Positions 1 through 9,505 of a stretch of 64,000 nt of DNA are shown here, in pieces. The position numbers were made by a program, and so were the translations under genes. The notes below the pieces were generated by a model. It searched no databases and was not told where the DNA came from. It saw only the letters and a program-made list of their open reading frames with translations. This DNA is from an uncultured Chloroflexia bacterium (lineage in GTDB: Bacteria > Chloroflexota > Limnocylindria > Limnocylindrales > CSP1-4): contig CAVVJT010000007.1 in assembly GCA_963748625.1 (NCBI GenBank), positions 640,001 through 704,000 on the forward strand, written 5' to 3'. Positions within the stretch are counted from its first letter, which is position 1; each line of letters starts with the position of its first letter.

Positions 1-163
1 CCGCCGATGCCGACTCCGACGTTGCCGATGCCGAAGCCTCCGCCGACTCCGACTCCGGTGCCGAACCTTCGAAACCCGACTCCGAAGCCGAAGCGATCTC
101 GGGGGCGTCGACGTCGGCCGCATTGGCGGCGGTCTCCTCGACAGGACCCTCGGGATCGCTCAT
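1..163 (-). CDS. Partial hypothetical protein with acidic Ala/Ser-rich N-terminus, runs off the window
   Basis: ATG at 163, 12 bp downstream of the resA-like stop; reads MSDPEGPVEETAANAADVDAPEIASASESG with no stop to the edge. Confidence 0.4.
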   Translation of the reverse strand, partial: MSDPEGPVEETAANAADVDAPEIASASESGFEGSAPESESAEASASATSESASA

Positions 164-174
164 GCCCTACTGCC

Positions 175-780
175 TCAGTTCTGGATCGCGGCCAGTGCGC
201 GATCCATGTCGGAGCGACTCATCGCGCCGATCCGGACCTCGCGGACCGTGCCGTCGGCACCGATGAAGAAGTGCGTGGGGATCCCCATCGTGCGGTAGCC
301 CGCAGCGATGTCCGCGTTCTCGTCCACCAGGATCGGGAACGTCAGCCCCGCGCGGGACGCGTACCCGGCGATCGCGTCGGCCGGCTCGTTCATGAACACG
401 CCGACCACATCCACCTTGTCCTTGTTCGCGAGATACGCGGCCTCCACGTCCGGCGCCTCATTGCGGCAGTCCGGGCACCACGAGGCGCCGAACGTCAGCC
501 ACACCGGCCGTCCGGACGACAAGTAGGTCGAGAAATCAACAGGCTCACCGTCGTAGGTCACCCCGCGGAAGGACGGCGGAACCGTCCCGATCTTGGGGGC
601 ATTCGCGGCGGCGGCGGAACCCAGGTCCACCTCCGTGACCCCATCGGAGGAGGATGCGCCGCCCCCGATGAGGAAGGCGGCCAGCCCGATGACGCCCACG
701 GTGATCGCGATCACCACGATCGTCTGCAGCCGTCCGGCCGAACGGCCAGCCGGCCGCTCCGCCACATCCGCTGCACTCAT
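175..780 (-). CDS. resA: Membrane-anchored TlpA/ResA-family thiol-disulfide oxidoreductase
   Basis: N-terminal TM; FGASWCPDCRNEAP active site, GIPTHFFIG cis-Pro motif; adjacent to ccsA/resB/ccdA. Confidence 0.85.
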   Translation of the reverse strand: MSAADVAERPAGRSAGRLQTIVVIAITVGVIGLAAFLIGGGASSSDGVTEVDLGSAAAANAPKIGTVPPSFRGVTYDGEPVDFSTYLSSGRPVWLTFGASWCPDCRNEAPDVEAAYLANKDKVDVVGVFMNEPADAIAGYASRAGLTFPILVDENADIAAGYRTMGIPTHFFIGADGTVREVRIGAMSRSDMDRALAAIQN

Positions 781-810
781 AGACGAACTCCCTTCACACC
801 AGACCCGGGC

Positions 811-1881
811 TCAGCCCAGGCCGGAGTAGCTGTGGAGCCCGCCGAAGAACAGGTTCCCGAAGTAGGTGAACAGCGTGGCCACGAAGCCCAGGACCAGCAG
901 CCAGGCGGCGCGATCGCCGCGCCAGCCGCGCATCACGCGGGCGTGGAGGTAGGCGCCGTAGATGAACCAGGTCACCAGCGACGCGGTCTCCTTGGGATCC
1001 CAGCTCCAGTAGGTGCCCCACGCGGTGTCGGCCCAGACGGCGCCCAGGATGATCGTCAGGGTCAGGAACGGGAAGCCGATGACCACGGCGCGGTACCCGA
1101 TCTCGTCGAGCACCTGCGGCTTGGGCAGGCCCCAGCGGCCGCCATCGGAGTCGGAGAGCGAGGCGCCAACCCCGGACCAGCGGGCGATCCCGCCGATGAG
1201 ACCACCGACGACCGCGCCAAGCAGGAGGCCCGCGAGGAGCCCGGTGACCTGGCCCATGATCAGGCGCCGACGATCGCGCCCGGGACCGCGCCGATCAGCA
1301 TGCCCGCGGCCACCATCACCCACCGGCCCTGGAGCAGGAACAGCAGCGAGGCGGCGAACGCGATGGCGAAGGAGCCGTAGGCAACGATCGCGACCGCGAC
1401 GTGGACGGTGAGGAGCAGGTTGTTCTGGAGGGCGGGGACGAGCGGCTCGACGGTCGGCCGGAATGGTTGCCGCGTACAGCAGCATCGCCAGCGCGACCGG
1501 CAGGGCGATCAGGGCGAGGATGCGCTGGTGGTACTTGTGCTCGAACCAGGAGTACGTGACCAGGATGCCGAAGGCGAACGCCATCGAGAACTCGTACATG
1601 TTCGCGAACGGCCCGTGGCCGGTCACAACGGCCCGGAACACCATGCTGGCGCCCAGGAGGGCGGTGGCCAGCCACACGAAGATGGACGCGTACCGTCCTA
1701 GCTCGCCGGTGCGCGGGCCGGACATGAAGCCCACGGTGCCGCCGGCGCCTGAGCCAGGACCGCCCGCCGTCTGCATCCGCGCAGCGCGGACGCCGGAGAC
1801 GGCGTAGAAGATGTAGAGGACGAGCGCGAACGCCGTCATCAGGATTGACGCGATGAACGCGTACTCGGACATCTTTGCCAT
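811..1881 (-). CDS. ccsA: System II cytochrome c synthase CcsA/ResC, with two compensating frameshifts near 1260-1460
   Basis: WWD domain [41 protein letters not shown]-terminal GLHSY; the [13 protein letters not shown] segment lies in another frame. Confidence 0.9.
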   Translation of the reverse strand: MAKMSEYAFIASILMTAFALVLYIFYAVSGVRAARMQTAGGPGSGAGGTVGFMSGPRTGELGRYASIFVWLATALLGASMVFRAVVTGHGPFANMYEFSMAFAFGILVTYSWFEHKYHQRILALIALPVALAMLLYAATIPADRRAARPRPPEQPAPHRPRRGRDRCLRLLRHRVRRLAAVPAPGPVGDGGRGHADRRGPGRDRRRLIMGQVTGLLAGLLLGAVVGGLIGGIARWSGVGASLSDSDGGRWGLPKPQVLDEIGYRAVVIGFPFLTLTIILGAVWADTAWGTYWSWDPKETASLVTWFIYGAYLHARVMRGWRGDRAAWLLVLGFVATLFTYFGNLFFGGLHSYSGLG

Positions 1882-1894
1882 GGTGGGGACTCCC

Positions 1895-3337
1895 TCAGCC
1901 GTTCGCCGGCGTTCGCAGCGCCGTGCGGATGTCGTTGACGATGCTTTCGAACTCGGTGCCCTGCGCCACATCCTTCTGGGTGAGGGTGGCCAGGGCCAGG
2001 ACGGCGCCGCCGTTCGGACGGCTGGTGATGCGGCCCCACACGCGCTTGTGCGGGAACATGAAGCGGATGGCAAAGCCTCCGAAGAGGAGGAACGAGCCCA
2101 GCCACACGAGGGTGACACCCGGGTCGCGCGCGACACTGAGCCGGGTGTACTGGGTCTCACGGTCGAATGTCACGTCGAAGCCCGCAAGACTGGCGGCCTT
2201 GCCCTGGTCGATGACCTCCTGGGCGATCGGCGCGTTGTCCTGCCCGTGCTGCCAGACCTGCACCTCCACCTGCCCCGGCTTGATGCGCGGGTCGCTGGAG
2301 CCGGTGGTGCCCAGGACCCAGAGCGTCTTGTCCGAGTCCGGCACGGACCAGATGGCGAGCTGGCGGTCGTCGGCAGACAAGGACCACTCGTAGGGCAGGC
2401 CCTCGGAGATGAGGACGGCTCCGTCCTCGCCCTTGATCGTCATCGCCGCCGCCGAGCCGAAGCCGGACTGGTAGAAGGTCGTGTCCTTGTAGCGCAGCGG
2501 GTCGTTGACCCGGATGACGTGCTCATCGATCTTCTGGCCGTCCTTGTACAGGACGACGGTGCTGGCGTAGTCGATCGGCTGGCCCGTGGTGGTGTCGTAC
2601 GAGTCCATGAAGTCCAGGACCTCGAGCGCGAGGCCCGCCTCCGCGCCCACGGCCCGGGTGCTGCCCTCGGCCACGGCGAAGCCGCTGTCGCGGTAGCCCC
2701 AGGTGCCGCCGATGATCGCGCCTGCCAGGATCAGGATGATCGAGACATGGGCGATGAGGCCGGCGAACGAGAGCCAGCGGTGCTTGTCCGCGTAGACGTG
2801 GACCGTCCCGTCGTCGGCGTCGAGCACCCGGTAGCCGCGCTTCTTGAGGACGCCCTGTGCGGCGGCGGTCGTCTCGCTCGCGGACTGGCGGGACACGATC
2901 GCCTCGTGCTGGGGCGCATGCTCGAAGAACGCTGCCCCCACGTCCACGCGCGGCTTGGTGGCGGTCCGCCACATGCCGGGCGTGCGATGGACGGAGCAGG
3001 CGATCAGGCTGATCGTCAGGAACGCGACCAGGCCGCGGAAGATCAGCGAGTTGAAGATGTTGAATGCGTCGACCGCCGCGAGCGGGTCCGTCCAGCCCCC
3101 GAATGTCGGGCGGATGCCGTCAAGCCAGTCCGCGCGCGAGGCCGGGTCGGCCCACACGGTGGACGGCGCCTGGATCACGAGCGAGCCGATCACGCCAAGC
3201 ACGGCGATCGCAAGCATCACGACCATGGCCACGCGCATCGAGCTCAGGAAGTGCCAGAGGCCTTCCAGCACGCCGTCAACGCGGTCCATGGCTGAGGGAG
3301 ACGCGGTTGCGGGCCGCGTTTCGACCTTCTGGGTCAT
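1895..3337 (-). CDS. resB: Cytochrome c biogenesis protein ResB/Ccs1
   Basis: [44 protein letters not shown] and SVARDPG motifs. Confidence 0.9.
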   Translation of the reverse strand: MTQKVETRPATASPSAMDRVDGVLEGLWHFLSSMRVAMVVMLAIAVLGVIGSLVIQAPSTVWADPASRADWLDGIRPTFGGWTDPLAAVDAFNIFNSLIFRGLVAFLTISLIACSVHRTPGMWRTATKPRVDVGAAFFEHAPQHEAIVSRQSASETTAAAQGVLKKRGYRVLDADDGTVHVYADKHRWLSFAGLIAHVSIILILAGAIIGGTWGYRDSGFAVAEGSTRAVGAEAGLALEVLDFMDSYDTTTGQPIDYASTVVLYKDGQKIDEHVIRVNDPLRYKDTTFYQSGFGSAAAMTIKGEDGAVLISEGLPYEWSLSADDRQLAIWSVPDSDKTLWVLGTTGSSDPRIKPGQVEVQVWQHGQDNAPIAQEVIDQGKAASLAGFDVTFDRETQYTRLSVARDPGVTLVWLGSFLLFGGFAIRFMFPHKRVWGRITSRPNGGAVLALATLTQKDVAQGTEFESIVNDIRTALRTPANG

Positions 3338-3348
3338 CGCCAGCCTCC

Positions 3349-4130
3349 TCAGATCCCGAACGGCGTGCCGAAGGTCGACAGCCGCCCGAGGGTGTTGGTG
3401 AACATCAGGACGCCGAGGATCACGAGCAGGGCGCCCGTGACCAGGTTGACGGCGTGGTTGTGGCGGCCGAACCAGCTCATCCGGCGGGCGACCCAGGAGG
3501 CGCCCATGGCGACCGCGATGAACGGGATGGCGAGGCCGGCGGCGTACGCGACCAGGAGCAGGGTGCCCTGGGCGAACGTCGCCGTGGCGGTGGCGATGCC
3601 GAGGATCCCGCCGAGGATGGGCCCGATGCACGGGCTCCAGCCGGCGGCGAACAGCAGGCCGAAGACGAAGGAACGGGGGTAGGCCGGAGTGCCGGGGCGG
3701 CTGGCGACGGCGCTCGATAGCGCCGCTGCCCGTGCCCGGGCCGCCGGCCATCACGAGGCCGCCGCCCATGGAGGGCATCACGCGGGTGTCGCGCCAGAGC
3801 GCGCGGACGTTGATGACGCCCGCGACCTGGAGGCCCATGAAGATCATCAGCGCGCCGATGATCATGTTCAGGTAGCGCCGGTCCACGAAGGCGCCGATCA
3901 CGCCCAGCAGGGCGTAGAAGGCGATGAACACGAGCGAGAAGCCCGCGCTGAACGCGAGGCCGTGGAAGAAGGCCGGGCGACGACCGGTGGTGCCCTCACC
4001 GGTCGCGCCCAGCATGTAGGAGACGTAGGCAGGAACGAGCGGCAGGCAGCAGGGGGATGCGAAGGACGCCAGCCCGCGCCAGGAAGGCGAGGCCGATGCC
4101 CAGCACGCTGCCGAGCTCGAGAGCGGTCAT
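3349..4130 (-). CDS. ccdA: Cytochrome c biogenesis protein CcdA (frameshifted)
   Basis: SFASPCCLPLVPAYVSY and FAAGWSPCIGPILGGIL motifs in different frames; stop at 3349-3351. Confidence 0.85.
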
Positions 4131-4133
4131 GGC

Positions 4134-5487
4134 TCAGGCTCCCACCGCGCGTGCGCCGGTCCTGGCGGGATTGACGTTCCCGGCCGGGCTGGCCGACGGG
4201 GCGGGGCTGGCCGAGGGCGCTGCCGACGGGGCCGCCGACGGGGCGCCGGAGGGCGCTGTCGACGGGGCAGCCGGAGCGCACAGGCATCATCGAGTTGCGT
4301 TGCCAGCGACTCCAGGTGGGACTTGGCCGTCTGGGCGAGGTCGGTCGTCGGGTCGATCTCGACGACCTGCTCCCACTCGCGCTGTGACGGCTGTCCAGTC
4401 CGGTTCGGCCTGGTTCAGGTAGAGGAACCCGAGGTCGTAGTGGACCTCCTGGTTGTCAGGGAACTTCGTCGGCGAACGCGGTCCACACCTTCTCGGCGTT
4501 CTCGACGTCACCAACGTTGAAGTAGACGGCGCCGCGCGCGAGGACGGCCCGCTCGTTGTCCGGCTCGATGGCGATGACCTTGTCCAGCCACGTGCCGGCC
4601 GTCTCGTACTCGCTCGACCGCGTAGTACTCGTTCGCGAGGGCGATGCAGCGTCTCCACGTCCTCGGGGTTCGCCTGGAGCTTGGTCATCAGCTCGGTGAT
4701 CCTCGCCGCGTCGACCGTCGGGGCGCTCGGCCTGCGCGGTGCGCCGTACCGGTGTTGCCCGAGGTGATCGGCGCTGCGGAGGACGAGCTGCCGAACAGGA
4801 AGTTGAAGCCCAGGAACCCGACCACCAGGACGCCGATGATGGAGAACGTGGCGATGTAGAGCCGCTTCCAGGGGTTCGTGGCGGTCGCAGCAGCCGGCGA
4901 CCGGCGCCGCCTTGGTGGCGGCTGGCCACCTTGCGCGCCTCGCGGCGATCCTTCTTGGTGGGCCGCTTGGCGTTGGGCGCCATGTCCGCGTGGGCGCTCG
5001 GCGTCACCGAGGCGTACAGCGCGGCCAGGTCCTCGGCGTCGGGCTCGCCCTCGATGGCGGCCGCGACGTCCTCGGGAGACTCGGCCTCGTCGGCCGGCTC
5101 CGCGACGCTCGTCAGCCTCGGTCGTCGGCGTCCACTGCAGCGGCATCCGCCACGGCAGCCGGGATCTCCTCGTCGAGGGAGATCCCGGCGGGCCGGAGGT
5201 GTCGCCGGCCCGCCGGGTACGACCACGGACGGACTCGTCGGGCTCCTGAGGGCCGAGCCCTCGAGACCGACCGGGTCGGTGAGTTTGAGGTACGCCGCGT
5301 CAAGCGCGGCGACCTGGGCGTGGGCCCATCCTCGCAGTTGCGGGGGTGCGGACGCGAGGTACTCGCTCGCGGCCTCGTGGAGGCGGTCCACGTCGTCGGG
5401 GGAAGCGCTGGCTGCCAGGCCGAGCTGGGCCAGCAGCTCGTTCTGGGCCTGCTCGGCCTCAGTGACCGGGACGCCGCGCGGGCTCAT
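4134..5487 (-). CDS. Membrane-anchored TPR protein (frameshifted), candidate apocytochrome chaperone
   Basis: Fragments give a helical N-terminal region, TM WKRLYIATFSIIGVLVVGFLGFNFLF, TPR-like LQANPEDVETL / VIAIEPDNERAVLARGAVYFN / PDNQEVHYDLGFLYL, and a Pro/Ser/Ala tail. Confidence 0.6.
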
Positions 5488-5687
5488 GCCGCGCTCCGGG
5501 CCCGGCGCGCGCGCGTGCTCACGCGCGCGGTCGTGCGAAACATGTTGATTGCCCTCAGCTATGTGCCGCGAGGGGCCGCGGCTTGACACCTGCTGAGATT
5601 GTCCGGGCACCAGGCGCTGCTCGCCCATGCGTAAGGCGGCACATTTCCGCGGGACCGTGACGGGCCAGAGGGTGGAGAAACGGACGC

Positions 5688-5716
5688 GGCCCCTGTATCC
5701 GCTCGATACAGGGGCC
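5688..5716 (-). terminator. Perfect 12-bp hairpin after the multiheme cytochrome genes
   Basis: GGCCCCTGTATC-CGCTC-GATACAGGGGCC, 28 bp downstream of the 5744 stop. Confidence 0.7.
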
Positions 5717-5743
5717 TCGAGAACCACGGTGCCGCGCGGTCGC

Positions 5744-8083
5744 CTAGTAGCGGAACGCCTGGTGGTCCTTGCCGTGGCACATCATCGTGCAGGTGCCCAG
5801 CGCCGTTGGCGTCTTCACGATGAACTGGAACCCCAGGCCGGGCGAGTCCACGACGTTGGGCGCGAAGTTGACGAGCCGCGGGTTGTCCGCCTGCCCGCCG
5901 ATGGCCAGGCTGCTGCCATGGATCCGGAAGTGGCACTCGGCGCACAGGGCGTTGCCCTGGCCGGCGCCGGCGACGTCGATGTCCCGGCCCCCGGACCCGC
6001 TGCCCCGGATGCCCGACATGTGCAGTCCGTGGTACCGGAAGTTGGAGTCCGCGCGGTTGGTGCGGCTCGTGTCGGTCATGGGCGGCTCTGTGTGGCAGAG
6101 GTAGCACTCGGCGAAGTTGCCGACCGCGTAGAGCGTGCCCGATGCCGATAGGACCCGGTCCTCGTACTTGCGGAGCAGGATCCCGCGGTTGGCCGATGCG
6201 TGGTTGTCGATCGACGCGTCCGCCGTGACCGCTGCGACCGTCGATGAACCGTGGCAGTTCTGGCAGCGGATCGTGGAGGTCGTCGTGAACGTCCACAACT
6301 TGTACGGCGATGTCCCGGCCAGGTTCGTGTTCATCTTCACGGTCTGGTTGGTGCCCGCAGCCTCGACCGGGTGGAACGAGGCGTTGGACGGGTTGAACTC
6401 AAGTGCCTTGTCGAGCGCCCAGCGGCTCGGGTGCGCCGGGTCCTGGGCGCGAAGGTCCGTGAACGCGGAGTGGCACTTGAAGCAGAGCTCGTACTCCTTG
6501 GCCGAGGTGAGGTTCCAGGTGTACGCCGGTGCCGTGTTCGCGGCCCCGTTGACGACCGAGACGCCGGAGGCACCCTTGAGAGCGCCGCTTGCGGACCACG
6601 CCGTGGCCTTGCCGTCAGGGCCCGCCGGCCCCATCACGGGCAGGGTCGAGTCAGCCAGGTGTGGCTGGTGGCAGTCTGAGCACTCGCTGTGCCGGTTCTC
6701 CACGCCCTCGAACTCGTTGGTGCGGTCGGACACGTGGTCCGATGCGACGGTTGCCGGGTGGCGGAAGAAGCTCGACGTCGCCGGGTCGTTGGCCGGGAAC
6801 GCCGGGTTGGTGAACTCGGCCTTCGTATTGGCATCCGCACCCGACCCGTCGTGACAGCTGAAGCACATCGTGGAGATCGGCGAGAACGTCGCCTTCTGCA
6901 GCATCGCGCCTTCGGCGGTGTGGGTCCGATGGCAGGACGCGCAGGCATCGCTCTCGAGGGAGGCCTCCGCAAGGTGCGGTGAGGAGAACGATCCGGCGAG
7001 GGGCCCGAGGTCCAGCGGGGTGAGCTGTTCGGCGGCCGCGGCGTGCCGGGTTGCCATCAGCTGCTCCGGCTTGGCGAGCGGGAAGGCGGGCTCCTCCGAC
7101 GGGGCGCCCTCGACCTCCTCGGCAGAACGCTGCCCGGGGGTGATGACCTGCTCCGGCTGCGGCTCCATCGTCAGCTGCGCGTCGATGCGATCGGTGACGG
7201 CCGCCTCGCCCAGGCCAAGCCGGAGGTTGAACTCCGCCAGCCACGGTGCCGCATCAGTGGCGCGCACACGGAACTCGATGTCCGTGTAGGAGTCGGCGGG
7301 GAGCTGGAGGTGCGGGGCAGGGTTCTCACCCGCGCTGATGAGTCCCTTGACCGGGTTGCCTGGGGTTTCCCCCACCGTCGCCCGCAGGTCCGCAGGCAGG
7401 ATGTCAGTTGTCCGGACCTCATACTCGCGACCCTTGTCCGATGCTGCGTAGAAGGGCACATCGGGCACCGGATTGACCTCGGGTACCGCGTCCCAGGCGG
7501 GGGCATCGGCGGCAGCGCTCCACAGGAGCTTGGGAGTGACCTGCTCGTCCGTCGCGCCGTCGTTCACCACCCGGAACCGGACCCGGTACACGACCGAGAA
7601 GGTCATGCCGGCCAGCGGCTCGTCCTCAGCGCCAGCGACAGCGAGGGCGCCGAGGTCGGTCTCGGTGTCAACCCACACGTGCTCGATGCGGACGCCCTTC
7701 TCGGGCGCCGGCGTCGCGGACGGCTCGGGGAGCGGCGTGGAGGACGGATCGGGGGTCGGGTCCGTCGACGGGCCAGGGGTCGGCTCCGGTCCGACAACCG
7801 GACTCGCGCTCGGGTCGGGCAGGGCCGAGGGGTCGGGCACAGCCGAGGGGTCGGGCACGGGCGTCGTGCCGGGCTGCTCGGAGGCAGCCGGTGCGGGCGT
7901 GGCGCCCGGGTCGAAGAACGGCTGTGCGGCGGGGTCAACAGGCGTGGCAGTGGGCTGCGGTTCAGGCGTCGGATCCAGGGCCGACGCCACCGGGATCGCC
8001 GGGGAGACCGTCGCCAGCAGGCCAGCCAGAACCAGCCACGCTCCGAGGAGCGGGCCGGCACGGCGGGTGATTGCTGACTTCAT
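5744..8083 (-). CDS. Secreted or anchored octaheme c-type cytochrome with Pro-rich linker
   Basis: Signal peptide, PDPSA-type repeats, a beta-rich domain, then CASCH, CFSCH, CSDCH, CFKCH, CQNCH, CYLCH, CAECH and terminal CTMMCH. Confidence 0.9.
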   Translation of the reverse strand: MKSAITRRAGPLLGAWLVLAGLLATVSPAIPVASALDPTPEPQPTATPVDPAAQPFFDPGATPAPAASEQPGTTPVPDPSAVPDPSALPDPSASPVVGPEPTPGPSTDPTPDPSSTPLPEPSATPAPEKGVRIEHVWVDTETDLGALAVAGAEDEPLAGMTFSVVYRVRFRVVNDGATDEQVTPKLLWSAAADAPAWDAVPEVNPVPDVPFYAASDKGREYEVRTTDILPADLRATVGETPGNPVKGLISAGENPAPHLQLPADSYTDIEFRVRATDAAPWLAEFNLRLGLGEAAVTDRIDAQLTMEPQPEQVITPGQRSAEEVEGAPSEEPAFPLAKPEQLMATRHAAAAEQLTPLDLGPLAGSFSSPHLAEASLESDACASCHRTHTAEGAMLQKATFSPISTMCFSCHDGSGADANTKAEFTNPAFPANDPATSSFFRHPATVASDHVSDRTNEFEGVENRHSECSDCHQPHLADSTLPVMGPAGPDGKATAWSASGALKGASGVSVVNGAANTAPAYTWNLTSAKEYELCFKCHSAFTDLRAQDPAHPSRWALDKALEFNPSNASFHPVEAAGTNQTVKMNTNLAGTSPYKLWTFTTTSTIRCQNCHGSSTVAAVTADASIDNHASANRGILLRKYEDRVLSASGTLYAVGNFAECYLCHTEPPMTDTSRTNRADSNFRYHGLHMSGIRGSGSGGRDIDVAGAGQGNALCAECHFRIHGSSLAIGGQADNPRLVNFAPNVVDSPGLGFQFIVKTPTALGTCTMMCHGKDHQAFRY

Positions 8084-8131
8084 GAGGCGGGACGTCCTCT
8101 CGGTTGTGATTGGTGGGGTTGCGTGGATGAG

Positions 8132-9394
8132 TTACGGGTTCCTGAAGTTCCCGGTGTACGGGATGGTGTTCGTCGGGTCGTGGCAGGCCTGGCAGGTGCC
8201 ACGGTTGTCGATCTTGAGCAGGCGGCTGTTGAGGTACGTGGTGGTCGGGCCGGTGCCGACGGTCGTCGGTGCGGACCCGTCCGGGTAGTCCATCGCCCCC
8301 GAGTTGCCGATCATCGTGGCGTTGCTGCCGTGCGAGACGTGGCACTGGGTGCAGGCGACGGTCTGAGTGAGGTGACGGTACGTGTAGATGGAGTCGCCAC
8401 TCGGTGTCGTGATGTCGGACGACGTCGCGTGGTACCGGCTATGGCACGTGGAGCACCAGGCCTCGATCTCGACGTTGAAGGTGACGAGATTGTCCGGGGC
8501 GCCGACCACGTACATCGGGATGTCGCCCGGGACGCCGGTGCCAGCCTCGTCCTCGAAGCCGTTCCAGGTCGGTACGCCGTCCCAGGGCAGCCACTTGCGC
8601 CAGTAATCGCCGGCCGTGGGGCCGAGCGCGGCGGTGACCACGTCCTGGAGGGTACGACCGTTCTGGACGGTGTAGTTGCGCGTGCCTGCGGCGCCGCTCC
8701 CGCTCGGGAGCTCCGCGTCATTGACCGTCGCCCCCGGCTCGCCGACGCGCACGAAGTCAGCGCCGTCAGCCTCGGGGCGGGGGTTCAGGATCCGGTACTG
8801 GCCGTTGCCATGCGGGTTGTGGCACGTGCCGCAGCTGATCGTCGCGGTGGGTCCGGCGCCGCTGTCGATCGCGCCGTTGCCCCAGACAACATCGCGGGCC
8901 ACCACGCCACCGGCACCATCGACATCGAGGTGCGCGGACGTGACGGGGGCGCCATCGACGAGGGCAGGGACCAGCATGGAGAAGCTGGTGCGGAACTCGG
9001 TGGGGGCGAGGAACGGGTAGGAGATGCGCGAGGGGTTGGCGGAGTCGATGCGTGCATCCACAAAGCCGCCGGCCCGCAGAGCACCGGCGATCACTCCGGT
9101 GTCGCGTTCGCCGGTCGCGAGGCCGTATTGGATGCCGCTCTGGACATCAGTCGTGGCGCCTGTGCTTGACGCGCCGTGGCAGGTGAAGCAGAGCTCCTCC
9201 TCCGTCGCGGTCTTGAGCAGTTTCGCCCCTTGGGCGGTGTGCGTCCGATGGCAGCCGGCACAGCTGTCCGCAGTCAGCGACGAGAGGCCGTTGTTGCTGC
9301 CGGCAACGTGAGGGCCGCCGTCCGCAAGGACGGGGAACGCGGCGAGGAACAGCCACAGCGTGCCGGCTGCCATCAGCAGCGTCAGCTTCTTCAC
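8132..9394 (-). CDS. Hexaheme c-type cytochrome, OmcS-like (paralog B, intact)
   Basis: AGGAGG 8 nt before GTG 9394; signal peptide; CAGCH, CFTCH, CGTCH, CSTCH, CTQCH, CQACH in about 420 aa. Confidence 0.85.
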   Translation of the reverse strand: MKKLTLLMAAGTLWLFLAAFPVLADGGPHVAGSNNGLSSLTADSCAGCHRTHTAQGAKLLKTATEEELCFTCHGASSTGATTDVQSGIQYGLATGERDTGVIAGALRAGGFVDARIDSANPSRISYPFLAPTEFRTSFSMLVPALVDGAPVTSAHLDVDGAGGVVARDVVWGNGAIDSGAGPTATISCGTCHNPHGNGQYRILNPRPEADGADFVRVGEPGATVNDAELPSGSGAAGTRNYTVQNGRTLQDVVTAALGPTAGDYWRKWLPWDGVPTWNGFEDEAGTGVPGDIPMYVVGAPDNLVTFNVEIEAWCSTCHSRYHATSSDITTPSGDSIYTYRHLTQTVACTQCHVSHGSNATMIGNSGAMDYPDGSAPTTVGTGPTTTYLNSRLLKIDNRGTCQACHDPTNTIPYTGNFRNP

Positions 9395-9456
9395 TGTCCT
9401 CACCTCCTTTCCTTCGGGTTGGACGCAGGGGTTGGCGTGTGGTGTTGAGTCGGGGT

Positions 9457-9490
9457 GAGCCCGGTGGCGCCGGAGGCGACCACCGGGCTC
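9457..9490 (-). terminator. Strong intergenic stem-loop between the two hexaheme genes
   Basis: GAGCCCGGTGG...CCACCGGGCTC 11-bp stem with inner CGCC/GGCG; no U-tract. Confidence 0.55.
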
Positions 9491-9505
9491 TTCAGTATCG
9501 GGGTG

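Noticed and set aside
7-1380. 457-aa plus-strand ORF and many other long overlapping ORFs
   Set aside because: Antisense or off-frame shadows of real genes in very high-GC DNA; Arg/Pro-rich with no motifs.
1895-4015. Apparent 706-aa CcdA-ResB fusion
   Set aside because: Created by a frameshift near 3720; the CcdA C-terminal half has its own frame and stop at 3349, and resB has its own RBS and ATG.
7690-7960. 18-bp tandem repeats in the octaheme gene
   Set aside because: They encode the PDPSA Pro-rich linker and are already covered by that feature.
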